The notes below the pieces were generated by a model. That model saw only the letters and a list, made by a program, of their open reading frames with translations, was not told the origin of the DNA and searched no databases. From Chrysomallon squamiferum (taxonomy: Eukaryota > Animalia > Mollusca), in NCBI GenBank assembly GCA_012295275.1, contig CM022670.1, positions 28,706,001 through 28,770,000 on the forward strand: a stretch of DNA of 64,000 bases. The letters are read 5' to 3'. The stretch's first letter is position 1; each line of letters opens with the position of its first letter. Shown here piece by piece: positions 15,907 through 30,419 of the stretch. The translations under genes were made by a program, and so were the position numbers.

Positions 15907-18900
15907 CAACAACAATAATAATAATAATAATAATATACAAATGAATTTCATTGACCAAAACACAATCATTACTTAATAAACTGTTTGATTTAAGCATTTC
16001 TATGACATCATTTTTGAGAAGTTGAATTAATCTCTGTCTGCTTAATGTTTGACATATAGTTACAATGAAAAAAATGGATAACAGCTTTAATATGTGTATT
16101 TTCAGAATAATGTTACATCGAAATGCTGAGAAGATTCCACCCACAGAACATTTCATAGTCCAAGAATACATTGACAAGCCTCTTCTTCTTGATGGCTACA
16201 AATTTGATTTGCGAGTATATGTTCTCATCACTTCGACAGACCCTCTCCGAGTTTTCCTCTTCAATGATGGTCTTGTTAGACTCAGCACAGAAAAATATCT
16301 TCCACCTCATGAAAGCAATCTAGTAAGAGAGATAGTTTTTATATTTAAAAAAGAAACTATTATTGTTATTTAAGGAATTGTGATTTATTACAAAATATTT
16401 GGCTTTAATGAGTATTTAAAATTTTTTTATATATATTGCTGAAATGTTGTTTTAAAATTAACTGTATTTCATATTACTTTTCTTTTTTTAATAATTGTTG
16501 TATACTTTATTAACATTAATTCATTGTTGTTTTCTTTTTGTATTTTATGTTAAAAATGTCTGCTGTTTATTTATTTTTTAAACTATCAAGAATTTTAAAT
16601 GTTAAAATATTTCTTTCACCTTTTCCAGAATCGTCTTTACATGCATCTCACAAACTACTCCCTAAACAGACACAGTGAAAACTATGACAAAAGTGCCTCC
16701 GTTGATTCAGGAAGCAAGAGATCCATCCGCTACTTCAATGATTTTCTGAAAAAGAATGACATCGATGTTGCCAGGCTGTGGAGAAAAATTTCAGACATGA
16801 TCGTGAAGACAATGTTGGTTGCACAGCCTCATGTTCTACACTCATACAGAATGTGTCGACCTGGTAGTGCACACGGAGCTGATAGTGTGTGTTTTGAAAT
16901 TCTGGGCTTTGACATTCTCATAGATGGAAAACTGAAACCCTGGTTGTTAGAGGTATTGTTAAATTGATTCTGAGAAAATACTGAATTTATTTTTTATGTT
17001 ATTGTGTCTTCTGATGGACTGTTAAACTTTTTCTGGGACATTTTTAATTTGATTATTAAAAATTGTTAAATTGTTTCTTAGAAATTGTTAAATCAATTCT
17101 GAAAAATTTGTTTCCAGAGGATTGTTAAATGTATTCGTAGAAATATTTTAGATTCTTTCCATGTGTAATTCCTGACATTCTGTTTGTGATAGTAAACTTT
17201 TTATTTTGTCATTTACAATGATTGCTTAAATTAGTTTTACATAACTTCAGATAAACCGTTCTCCAAGTTTCAATACAGATGAGAGAATTGACTATGACAT
17301 CAAATCAGCACTGATTGAAGACACACTTAGATTACTCAATGTCAAGTAAGTTTCTTTATACAAAATCAAAATACACATACAGTATCCTCTTCTCACACAT
17401 TTTTAATAATGATGATAGCAATAATGATAATGATACAATAGAAATAATGATAATGATAGTAATTCTTGGAAGTTAAGGATGAGCTGTGGTTCAGTGGCAC
17501 AATATAATATCTTCCATTCCAGTTATTCATTCAAGTGTCTGTAGAATGCAGGCCTCAAGCATGATAGATTCTAGGATGACCTTTCATAACAGTTGCGCTA
17601 CATACCAATCCTGACAGTGCTCTGTAACAAATTTATTAAATGTTTAAGCTTTCTCTGCATTTGAATGTCTAGATAAAAATCTCTTATTATAAGTGAAAAA
17701 CAGTAACCCAATGAAAGAGTCTAGCAAATTTCCTGTCTGTTATTTCTTTATTTTTATAAAATACAGGCATGACACCAAATAACTAATAATATAAAAAAAA
17801 GTGTTCTAAATATCACTGTAATTTTTTTTCATTCATTATTATTGTTATTCCTTCATATTTTTTATATTATTATTTTGTTGATAAAACAGACAAAGTGACA
17901 AAAGAAGAAATCTTGCAGCTCAGAAGGCAGAGGCCCAGAAGAGGTTGTTCCGAACTGGTAAAAAAGTAGATACTGACATTACAGAGATGGAAAAACACAA
18001 AGTCAGCATAGAAAGAAGGAAAGAAGAGCTGGTGTGTGAATTTTCTCATAATTTTATTTTTATTACACACTTTTTGCATGGATTATTGTTTTAAATTGTG
18101 CAAATGATAGGCTTTGAATTTATAAGTGTGTATTATATTGACTAGAAAGGTTTCAAGAATCATTTAAAACAGTTTCAGATCAGTCAAAAATAGTTTTGTT
18201 TATAGAATAAAACATTTAATTTTTAAAAGAAATTAAAAGAAATTATTTAGAAAATCCTTTAAAAGTAAATCATCTGTTTTTGATTAGTATATGTGTAATG
18301 TTTCAGTTAGAACCAAGATCATAATTTTCTTTTGGTGAAATTATGTTTTAAAGATTTGTGAAAATAAAAAAGAGATCATGAAAATAATGAAAACAGCATT
18401 AAAATTAATGATTTTTAAAGTCAGTCAAATGATTCCTTTTATGCCTCTTAATTTATTCTTTTTAAAATTTTAATAAAATGTATCTCAATGCTATAACCCA
18501 ACTTTCTTTAACCTGTCATTACTGGCTTTTGTACTGCAGAAAGAACTATTATCTCGTGTTAAAAAAGCAGCAGCCAGAGAAGAATTTGAAAATAAGAACT
18601 GCGGGCATTTCCGAAGAATATTTCCCTGTGAGGACAAAGCAAGGCAGGAGAAGTACTGCAATTTGTTGGCTTCATCTTTCTCTGTATTTCTTAGTGGAAG
18701 AGGAACAGCGATGCAGAAAGAAATACAGATAACATACAACAATAAATACAGGGTTAGTGCTTTACTTGTACAAATTATAAAAATGTTTTAATTGCATTTG
18801 ATCACATTCACCTGATTAAAGAATATTTACAGTTACTTCTTCATCATTATCATCATCTATTATCATTGTTATAATTATCATTGTTATTATTATCATTATC

Positions 18901-18947
18901 ACCATCACTGTTATCATCATGAGCATCATCATTGTTATTATTATTAC

Positions 18948-18986
<39 letters not shown>

Positions 18987-21900
18987 GGAGGATGAGATTG
19001 TGGATATGATAGCAGAATGTGAAGCTGATGAAAAAGAAGGCAAAATTTTCACAGGGGCAGGGACACGCCCCCGCCCACCCAAGGTCAGTGATTCGATTAA
19101 ACATTATAAATAAGAAAAAAGGTTTTTGATATCTTTTTATAGCATTACCAGAATTAAAAAACAAGACGTGTGTATGTGTGTGTTTGTGTTTTTACTTGTT
19201 TCTGTATACATGTGCACACATACAAATGAAAACATATAAAAATCATAAAATAAAATAATTAAAATGTAGCCCATAAAAAATTAGTAAAACATTACTTTCC
19301 TTTATTCATACTTTTCTTTATAAAAAATTATATATAAATATTGGGATTTAAAAAAACAACCAAACTAAACATTTTGGTAAACTTTAGTAATCTGTAATAG
19401 ATTTAAGATTTAACAATTAGCTTTAAGATTTAAAATAAAAACAGCAATAAAAGATTAATGCATTTTATTTACAGCCACTTATGAGCATGCCTGAATGTGG
19501 CCAAACTGCTGATGAAAACAACAATGAAGATGATGATGAAGGAAGTGATAGTGGCTCCCCACCATTATCACCACCAAGCAGACGTCATTCTTCACTCTCG
19601 CCTATTTCCCGTTCCAGATCTGCCTCATCTTTACACAAGACAGATGGACAAGATAATCAAAAAAATACAGTATTTCAGTCCAATTCGGCCATCTTTAAAA
19701 TGACCAAGCGAACTGGAAGCAATTTAATGGGTGAAGATAAAGGATTTGAAAAACTAAGTCAAAGATCAAAATCACTGAACCGAACAGGAGCCACACCAAA
19801 TAGTACAACGTTGCAGAAGATCACAAATGTATGAATGAGGATATTATTAATTTTATATTATTTTTTATTTTTTTTTCAAATAAAATTTATTAACATAATT
19901 TTGTGAAATCTGGGAATGAAATTTGTTTATTATTTAATATTAATAAGCATTTAATCTTAATAAGTAGAGTAATATACAGATTATAAATTGGGATTAGTTT
20001 GAAAAGTAATAATTAATACTTTGGATAATTAAGTCTTCTAGCCTGTTAATTGTCAATTAATAATTTGCATCATGCATCAGACAGGTTTTGTTTGGTTAAA
20101 AATAATAATTAATAATTTGGTTAATTAACAGTCTTGTTGCCCTCTTATTTGTTAATTGATTAATTAATTAACTGTCTTGTCCATCAGACAGGATTAATTC
20201 AGTTAAAATAATAATTAATAATTTGATTAATTAACAGTTTTGTTGTCCTGTTAATTGTTAATTGATTAATTAATTAAATGTCTTCTGGTTTGTCTTCAAG
20301 CATGGTTAATTATTAATTGTGAATAGCTGATTATTTTTCTGTCAATCTGCATCAGTCACAGGATTACTCCTGTGTGTCTGTCAAGTAATTTCTCAGTCTG
20401 ACCATGTTCCACAAATAGAATATCAATAATCTTGACATGATTTCCTCTGTTTGGAAAATCATTATGTATTCCTTATTAACAAGTTAGAATAATTAATAGA
20501 AAGGCTTTGACATGTTTCCTTTTTCATATTATATATTAAAAATTAAAAAAATTTGATACCTATATACAACAATTTTAAAATGTATCTAAGTGTCATTTTA
20601 ATCAACCTACACTATTTTATTTATCAGTAAGTATATTTCAATATAGTTTTTATTCATTCTGAATGTTTTGTTAACATTTTACTATTTATAAATCTGGACA
20701 ATATTTTTTTGTTTGTTTTTTTATATCAATGTTTTTTTAAATTTATTTTATTGTTATTATTGTTAATTGTTGTTATATAATGTTAAGATAGTTAAATAAT
20801 GTATTCTTAAAATTAATTATGAATATAATGTGATATTTTGTATATTATTTTATAAAGAAAGTAAATTAAGATGATATATATAGCTAGCAATTTCAGCAAT
20901 AAATGTGTCATTATTTTTAAAAATTGAATGCTGTTGTCTTTTATTTTAATAAATTAAAAAATTTAAAAGTGACAGAAACCATAATTACAAAAAAAAAAGA
21001 AATTAAAATATTTAAATTAATGATAATTAAAATAACTAATATAAGCTTTTATGTCAGATAACCATTCTGTTATTTTTGTTTGAAAAAATACAATCTAAAT
21101 CAAAAAGAAAAGAACATTCAAAATTTTATATTTACTTCTTAAAAAACTTTAAAATGATACCATTATGGTGTATAAAATATATTTTTAATGTGGGTAAATA
21201 ATTTTTAGACAAAATGATAATTACAGATTTTTTGCAATTTGATTTTCATAAGGTCAAGATAAAGTTTGTTTCATTTAATGATGTCACTAGAAAACAAACT
21301 AATATAAAATATTGATAAATGAACCTCTACGAATTTCAGGAACTTACCAAACTTCCTAGGAATTCTAATGTATACTTTATTTTTTGTTTTTCAGGAAGAC
21401 AATATTTTATTATCAATGGTGAAAGAAAGAGAAGAAGAACTAACAAAGAAAACTCTTCATGCATTAAATGAAATGAGAATAAAATTTCCTGGAAAAACTG
21501 ACCAGGAAGCTGACTTCTTGCTGGACAAGGTCAGTTTTACAAAAACCTGAAGTAGAAAGTAATTTCAATGACATTTTATGCTGAAACCTGATTAAAATTC
21601 CAACTTATGACATCCTTTATTTCCAATTCCAACCTTGTTTTCAGTTCCAACCTAGTTTTCCTAACTATAAAAATATGTATTTAAAAGATGCCTTATTTCT
21701 AAACAGAGCAAACATAAAATGATGGCAATAAATTTTCTCCTTTACATCATTTGATCATAACAAAAAAAGAAAAAGAAAAACATTTATTTTATCAGTACTC
21801 AGATTTATAATCATACTTGAATATCTTCATCCCATTGTAGTTTCTGTTTAACTTTCTTAAACAAAATCTATTAAGCTGTCATTAAACACACGTATTCATT

Positions 21901-24900
21901 ACTTTATTTTTAAGTTGTAATAAAATTACTTACAGCTTTTATTATTATTCAGAACATCACCCAGGTTCTAACAAAACTTCAGTATTTTAGTGTTCATTTT
22001 TTTTTTGTAGCTAAATGAAAACTGGAAGTTTCACAAACCACGTATAGCATCATACTGGCTTGTAAAGTTGGATTCTATAAAGAGAAGAAAGGTAACATAT
22101 CAGTCTTAAAATAATTAATACACAGGGAATAATTGTTTACTGTCTTAAGATATCAATTTATCTGTGACGGTTAGAATGCCAAATGCAGTGAGTCTTTGCT
22201 GAGCTGCATTCACTATTTGACCTGATAAAGCTAAATAGAAACTAGTTATTTTTTTTATCCTGCATTCCAGTATAAAAGACTAAATGACACTGACTGTTTT
22301 ATTTCTCAGCTCACTGCTCTTAAGATAGCAGATTCATACATATTTATTTAATTTTGTTCTACAAAAACTAAACATCAAAACAAAATAATACTTAAATAAC
22401 AATTTATTTGTTATGATTTTTAAATGAAAATTGTTTTCAAAATGTTCTTTAAAATCTAAGCCAGCAATTCAAGACTAAAGAAGTAACTTTTAACTGTATA
22501 TTATATTGTGTATGTGTATGTGTGTGTATGTGTGTGTGTGTGTGTGTGTGTATAAAACACACACACAGATCCACACAGTTAGAGATACACATATACACAT
22601 GCATACACGTAAATGACAAGTAATTTATGAAAGTAAAAATAATTCTGTACCAAAAATTTATCTCATCATTGTATCCTGCCACTGTTTATAGTGACTGCAG
22701 GTTATATACTGATAATTACCTGTCTACATATACATATTTGTCTGAACTAACAAAAAGTAAAAAAAAGAACTTAAAAACATTCTTAATAATATTATTACAT
22801 TTTATTTAATCTTGTTATTTAAAGGTCACAGATATTGTTCGATCCAATGTTAAAGCCGTTTTACAGAGAATATGGCGCTGTGCAGATCCTGAGGATCTAC
22901 GATTGTATAGAATTTTCAGTCGAGTTTTCAACAGACTTCTGTGGAGTCATGGCCAGGGTCTGTGGAACTGTTTTTCTGCTACTGGGTATGTTCGTGTAGA
23001 AACTATTTTTAGTCATATAATAAATTTCTTTTTATAACAAAAGTTTTTTATATATACAATGTTTATTTATTTATTTTTTTTATTGATGTGCTGAAAATAA
23101 GTACTGAAACATATGTTGTTTTTTGGAGGGTATTTTTTTTTTTTTTTTTTTTTATTACAGTATTACTGAAAACAGTATTCACAAGAAGTTCAGGAAACAA
23201 CAATTTATAGTTGACAGTGATATAAAGAAACTTGTAATAAACATTTTAACTCATTTCAGGACTGTTCTTTATATAATCAAAATATTTAATTTTTCTTAAT
23301 AAGAAATTTGCCAGAGACTTTATTTAGCAAGCATTCTGAAAATACCAGTCTTATTGAAGCCTTTAATTTTATTTTGTTCTTTTTAATTTTTCATGAAAAG
23401 AAATTCATGGGAGACCATATTTAGCAAGAGTTCTGAAAACATCAGAGATGAACTACCATCACTGAAATTTTGTATTCTATTTTGTCATTTAATTTTTCAT
23501 TAAAAGAAATTCATGGGAGACCATATTTAGCAAGAGTTCTGAAAATATCAGTGAAAGTGAGATGAACTGCTGTCGCCGAATTGTTCAGTTGTGCAAAGAT
23601 TGTCTCCTCATAGTGTACCAGTTTGCAGCAGAGGCTAAGGGAACATTGCAACAACGCGCCGGTGAGACTGAAGAAAGCAGTTCCACTCAAAATGGTGTAG
23701 CACAAAATTTGTAAGCGTCCAGAAAAAAAAAACTTGGAACCATTACCCATCCATTTTCACATCTCATTATTAGTTGTAGAAAATTGGTCACCAAAATAGT
23801 TTTGAGTCATTCATTTTCTTTCACATTTATTATATGTGAAAAAATTAAAAATAAATATTGTAAAATAATAATAATAATAATAATAATAAAATTAAAGATA
23901 GCAATAACTGAGCATATTAGATTTTAATTGATTTAGAATTAGATAAAAATTTCTGAGAAACTTGATAACAATGTTTTCTTGTTTTTTACTTTCTGCTGAA
24001 GTTCACTCACTCTCTCTGCATGGGCAGCCCAGCCCAAGTTCATTGTGTTAGAGAGGTTTTTCTACCCTGAATTACATTTAAATTAATTTGATATTTTTGC
24101 ACATTGATTAAACATTATTTTAATAGATCTGTCTGCAGCTAACAAGAGTTCGTTCATTCATATGTTTCATCAATCATTTTTTTTCTTCTCTGTCTGATGT
24201 GATCTGTTTCTTACATGAATTTAAGTTTATATATCTGCCATTTTGATGTGGAACTAAATATTTACTTCTTATATTTCTGTTGTGAATGTATTTGGTATCT
24301 CTTATGTAAAACAAAATATTTGTTTATTACAGCTGTAACAATTAAAATTGTTTTAAATTCATTGATTTTAACTTGTTTTTGCTTCATTCTTGTACAGAAT
24401 TAAATATATATTTCTTACAATGAAATCAAATTTATATTATATACTTAACCAAAAAAGTTTAGCAAGTTTTTTTGTAAATGACTGTTGCTTAAAAAATAAA
24501 TTAAAATAAAGTGATAAAACTTGGTAATATGTTAGTGGCATATGCCCTATTGCTTTGGATAATGAAAAGAACATAATTTGTTATATCTTATGCGACTATG
24601 TGTACAACACGTGCAAATGCAGTGTGCTCAAGCTGTCGCAGAAGCACATGCAATACAGATGTATTGAAATCACATTTTTATGACTGAACCAACATTATCC
24701 AAAAAGAAAAGGAAGAATTTATCCTGTTATAATGGGTCACCATCCAGGCTTAATGGAAAATCAGCGACATGAATAAATGGGACAGCTTAATCTCTGCCTA
24801 TGTGTACATGATATTGCTCAGTACTTTTGTGTTCATGACAGTATCATATCATGACTCTGACAATGCATACACCAAACTGGGCAAGTGTGGGATTGACCAC

Positions 24901-26173
24901 ATTCTATTAGGCCACAAATAACTACTCAATGTCACAGGTTCGAAAGTGCTCCTCATTTAGCCCATACTTTGCAGCAAATGACAGGCACTAGAATTCATGC
25001 TCAAACTATCTGTAGTCATCTCCATGCTGCTGGATTACAAGCATATCACCCTGTTGTAGTTAGCTGTTCCCCTGACAGTGCATCACATTCAGGAATGTCT
25101 CAGATGGGCCAGAACACACCAACACTGGCAATGCAGACAAATGAAACCAGATTTTGTGTTCAGTTTGCAGGTGATATGCGTATTATATGGAGGTGACAGA
25201 GAACGATATGAATTGGACAATGTCTTTCAGCATGACCAATATAGCGGTGGCAGCATCATGGTCTGGGCCGGCATTCATGGTGCAGGTAACCAGCTGTCTT
25301 TTTCATTCATGGAAATATGACTGTTCAACTTTACTGCGACAAGATCATTACTCAGGGGTCATTCCATTCCTGCAGCAGCATCTTGGCATTCTGGTTCAAC
25401 GTGACAACACTGGATTATATAACGTTAGGCTACCATTAAACTTCTTGAGCAGAACCACATCCAGCTGTTAAAGTGGCCACCAAAGTCCCCTGACTTGTCC
25501 CCAGTGGAGCATGCATTGGACCTACTGGGCCATAGGGCTTGCCTAAACCATCCTTAATATCCAGACCTACAAATTGATCTGAACTGGGAATGGAATGCAG
25601 TTACTGTTCCTGAGATTAATGCTGTCATTAGAAGCATGAAATGACAATGTACTGCTGTCATCAATGCCACTGGTGCAACACACATTATTGAGCCTCACTC
25701 ACCATTTTGGTAGATGTACCCCTCTGTTTCATCAGTTGACATTAAATTAACGACGTCAACACTGTGACAACATGCTACTGCCAGCTACATTCAGAAATGA
25801 TGTATCTGTGAAATAATGTGTAGAAATAAATTCAACATCCAATCAGGTTGTCAGTATTTCATATCTTGTATGTAATTGCTAAACTTATTTGGCACAGTAT
25901 ATATTGAAAACTTGACTGTTTTATTTGTTAAATATTTCTTTATGGTGTCCTACCTTTAATTGTGTACAATGAATTTTAATTTTTGTTTTGTTTTTATTTC
26001 CTATTTTAAATTCATCATCTGTTTGATATACAATATTAGTTTAAACATCTTTTCTTTCTCTTTTCAGATATAATAACACTAGAGAGGCAAAAACAACACA
26101 CTGGAACCCTCAAACGTTCAGTCAACGCTACTCAAAACTGTATCAAACAAGAGCTGAAGGCTTGGGCACGTGA
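6611..26173 (+). CDS. TTLL7: Tubulin polyglutamylase TTLL7. Exons: 6611-6668, 10545-10748, 12478-12535, 14721-14852, 15529-15687, 16106-16322, 16629-16952, 17251-17345, 17890-18031, 18540-18752, 18988-19083, 19475-19828, 21395-21529, 22011-22091, 22825-22985, 23507-23710, 26068-26173
   Basis: Phase-consistent GT-AG splicing. TTL motifs [89 protein letters not shown]. TTLL7-like segments ITANLTGTRYE, HSYRMCRPG, SDKRRNLAAQKAEAQKRL, ERRKEELKELL. First and last coding exons are less certain. Confidence 0.93.
17475..17815 (+). mobile_element. Degraded SINE-like remnant in a TTLL7 intron
   Basis: tRNA A-box-like head (GCTGTGGTTCAGTGG) and a body/tail resembling other interspersed fragments in the window (minus strand ~34590-34760, ~39290-39430). 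Boundaries approximate; family assigned from memory. Confidence 0.35.
23300..23565 (+). repeat. Tandem ~105 bp duplication/triplication of a TTLL7 intron-exon junction
   Basis: aaaag|aaattcatgggagaccatatttagcaagagttctgaaaa occurs at 23401 and 23507; a degenerate third copy (aagaaatttgccagagactttatttagcaagcattctgaaaa) at ~23301. Confidence 0.85.
24440..25901 (+). mobile_element. Decayed full-length Tc1-family DNA transposon in the last TTLL7 intron
   Basis: Termini 24440-24465 TATACTTAACCAAAAAAGTTTAGCAA vs reverse complement of 25876-25901 TATACTGTGCCAAATAAGTTTAGCAA (22/26), TA ends. Broken transposase ~24732-25691 with GGSIMVWAGI, QRDN and KWPPKSPDLSPVEHALD motifs. Confidence 0.9.
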
Positions 26174-26680
26174 CGGAAATCACTTGCTAGACACACCACA
26201 ACTGCTGACAACAATCTAACATACTAACAACTTACGAGAAATCAAAGTAGAAACCTGATTGAATATTAATCAGATTTAAGGGATTTATTATGATCTTTTT
26301 CTCTTTTAAAAAGGTGAAGCACTTTATAAAAGTAGCTAGTTTTAGTTTGTTTTTGTTGTTTTTTTATTTATATATACATTTTTTTTTTTTTGCTATTTGT
26401 TTAATAAATACATAGAGACTGTATTTTAATGCATACAGCATATTCCATCAGAAAACGTATCAGGGCATAAGCACTGAAAAATTTGCCTACCAGAACAAGC
26501 TATTGAAAAAAAATATGCCTTTTGAAACATTATTTAAAATGAGTCTAAAAAGCTCCTCTTGGAAAGACAGAGGAGTTTTAATGATTTCCTGAAAAACAGT
26601 GACTGTATATACAAACATAGATAGACCACTGTAAAAAGTGGTCTATAATTTTTGTTATGTACAAGTTATAGCTTATATTC

Positions 26681-26712
<32 letters not shown>

Positions 26713-28224
26713 ACTGCACACACCTAATGTTATAAATGAGCACATTTTAGTAAGCTTGCACCTACAAAATATTCACCTGCCAGAAATACTATTTATTATA
26801 TTAATACTTTTAGCTTTGTGCTCTAATAATCTTCTTGTATTTATTTTAGATCTTTTATATAGACTAATATTGTATCTTTGCCTTTTTAGTATAAATAATT
26901 TTTAAACATGTGATTTTTAAAAAAAATATTAACATAGTGTACTTAAATTGTTAGCCAGATGTAAAAGAATTGAGAAATAGTTACTTACATTAAAGGGAAC
27001 ACATTTTTAAATTGTTTCATTGATTTGAGCACAAATTTTGAAATTGTTACTCACATAGAAGGAAATTATTTCAAAAATGTTATCTTATTGAGTAAAAAAT
27101 TCTAACACTTTTACCCTGACTAGCAAGTAGTCATTCAAAATTATTGAATGTTTTGTGCTTACTTGTGAATTATTTCAGTAAAGCAGAAAAGTAAGAGAGA
27201 AAAAGAAAAAAGGCTAAAAAATAAAGAATGTTATGAAAATTTTAAATATAAATAAAGATATGAAAATATTTTAGTTTAATCTTTATTACAGCAACATTTG
27301 TTCAAGATCAGTGCAAGGTAAAAGAGGTTTTAGTTTTAATTACAGTTTCATATAGAAATATTAAAAGATTTTTTTATTATTATTAAAGATATATATATTA
27401 TTAAACTAGATTCTAAAAATAATTTTAAAAATTATCATTTTAAAAGAAATAAAACTTTGTTTTAAAATTTTAATTGCAAACTGATTTAAGGCTTTTTACC
27501 ATCACTTTAGTTTATATTTTTATATGTTAACTGTTCAGAACAGAAATAATTAAAAATGAACAAACAGGAATTTTCAGTTCTATTCAAAAACATAAGACTC
27601 CACATTAACATATTTTTGTTTAATTGTGAAAAAGTTTATTTCTGTTGAATAACCTATCATTATTTTGAAATCCATATCTTCCTGATGATAAAACAAACTG
27701 TTATTTACTTTATTTTTATTTGTGAAAGAAGCTTTATGCAATAATATCAAATAATCATTGCAATTATTTGTAAGTATTGTGGGGTATCTTTGTAAGTATC
27801 TTAACTGTATTCATCAAAAAATTTCACATGATTATGTAAATTATTTTAGGTTCAGGTAAGCATGGCAGATGTATTTGGTGCTAACACATAAATTATGAAA
27901 TGAAAAATATTTCAGATACTTTTTTCAGGATCCATTTATGGTGATAAAATATATGAACCACACTATTATATTAATTTATTATTTTCTAATGTTTTATGGC
28001 TTTGCCACTGTTGAGTGCATTCAGCTAAATTAAAACATTGAAGTGAAAGTGATGGAGACAATGAAGCACAAGTTTTATTGCGAAATGCCTGCATCTGCCT
28101 ATTTATTAAATTTACATATTTGTAATGTAACATATTGCAAGTTGTTTTCCTTTTTTGTTCTATTATTGTAACTGGTTTTCTTTTTGGTTATTTATATGTT
28201 TGTTTATATATATATATATATATA

Positions 28225-28260
<36 letters not shown>

Positions 28261-29943
28261 TTTTTATTTATTTATTTTTTACCTCAATATCTTTATAATT
28301 CTGAGTCCTTATTTAATCTGTAATAGTTTCATAAAAATATTTTCAATTTTATAAAACTAAATTAACTATCATCCAATTTCTTTCATCTGAGAAAACATTT
28401 CTCTTATAAATATGGGAAATAACCTAGTCCATTTATTCTACTTCTTTGATATCTATTTTTTAATGTGTTTTTTTTTTTTTATTTTATTTATTTATTTATT
28501 ATTATTTTTTAATATCACTAGTCCAGAATGTTGTTGTGTATATGTTACTTTTTGAAAAACAGACTGTGATAAAATTGCAACAAAAAGCGATTTACAAAGA
28601 ATTTATTATATGCAAATAATGATAAATTTTATCTATATTTTTTTTTTTTTTTTTTACATATATAAATACTGTGATACATGATTAACCCTTATATATGTAG
28701 AAGTTTTTTGAAACTCATTATTATTACTTTTTTTTTTTAAACAAATTAATAAACAGCTCATTTATAACAATTTAAATAAATTCTAAATAAAAATGTATAT
28801 GAATTTTCAGATACTTTTCAAAAATAACTTCAGGTTCAAAAATTTTATTACATAATTTTATGAACCTCATCAGAATTAGAAATTAAATTTTTGTCTTGTG
28901 TATCATCATTTATTTCATGTTTCTTTTAGTTTAATAATAAAAAAATAAGAAATATCTGTCATTTGTTATCAGTCAAAACATTTATAATTGTTAACAATAT
29001 TATTATCTATACAAACCAATGATAATAAAATATTAGTAATTACTTTATGAAAATATGAATTAAAATAAATATTTGTTCCAAAATCTTTTTGTTGTTTCTC
29101 TTTTGAATGTTTACATGAATATTTTTCCTCAATACTGTAGTGTTTCTGGATCTATTCATTCAGGTTATCGTCTTTTATTTCATTTTGTTATTTTTTATAT
29201 ATGTACTTTAAATAGTAATTTAATTTAGTAAAATGAATTTAAATTTTTTAAATGTTAACACATATAAATTTAAGGAAAAGAAATTTAAAAAAAAATTAAA
29301 AAAAATACCTTCACCATTCACCAGACAAAATCGAAAAAGAAACAGAAATGATATTTCATCATTGATGATAATAATTATTAACAAAATGATAATAAAATGA
29401 AAGAAAAATGAACTAATATTTAGAAAGTGGATACACAGCGACAGGTCATCAACTCGTATTCCCTTAACAGGAAAAATAATTTATCCAACGTGACAACCCT
29501 GCAGAAACCAACACATATCAGAAAAAATGTGTGTATGCGTCTGGAAGTGAATCGAAATAAAAAATTATTAATATTTATTTGACTTTTTCTTGTCCTTTAT
29601 AGTGTCAGTGTAAATGTTTCATTTTTTAAGTTTAAGGTAGCGAAGAGAAGATGAAGGGACGCAACTCTGAAACATTTATATATATATATGTGTGTGTGTG
29701 TGTGTTCCAATAACAAAACCATTTTCTTTTTGGTGAACATGCAGTACATTTTACTGAATATTTTAAAATATCAGTATATAGCACACGACCATGCCTATTA
29801 ATCTTAGTAAAGATCATTTAGTAAAGACGATAATATTTAAAATATGGTTCATAACTTCGGTTTTACTCGAATTCAGAATTGTGTCGCGCTTTATATTCCT
29901 GTGTGGCTTAAGCAGGTAATAAGTGGATGTAATATCACAACTC

Positions 29944-29999
<56 letters not shown>

Positions 30000-30419
30000 C
30001 ACCATAGCAGCCGATATCATTAGCTTGTTAATTTTAAATCAAAGAAAATAAACCCTAACGCTCTCTATTTTGTGAACCACACATAGAACTGTAATTTTTT
30101 AAATCATGTTTATAAATAGTTTGATACAAGTACAAAGTGGTATAAATTCAGATATATAGTATATACACCGTGTCTTGAATTCTAAGTCTGACATGATGAA
30201 AAAAGCCGAACATGCCGATCAATGGATTATAACGTATGTTGTTCCAGAATTACGAAGAGAAAGTAACACATAAACTTATATATAAAAATCTTTTGATTGG
30301 CTAAAGAACATTCGGAGAATTCCGGAATACGTTAAGTATGGGAACAGGTGGCACGGTTGGGTAATTATTGGCTTGGACGATGTGGTCCAAAGTTCAGTCC
30401 TCTGTGTGACCTAACAACC

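Noticed and set aside
15787-16177. Poly-L/poly-I ORFs here and at 18816-19164, 29814-30020, 40405-40638, 47774-48702, 54423-54663
   Set aside because: Translations of microsatellites or A/T-rich low-complexity DNA, several antisense to real exons.
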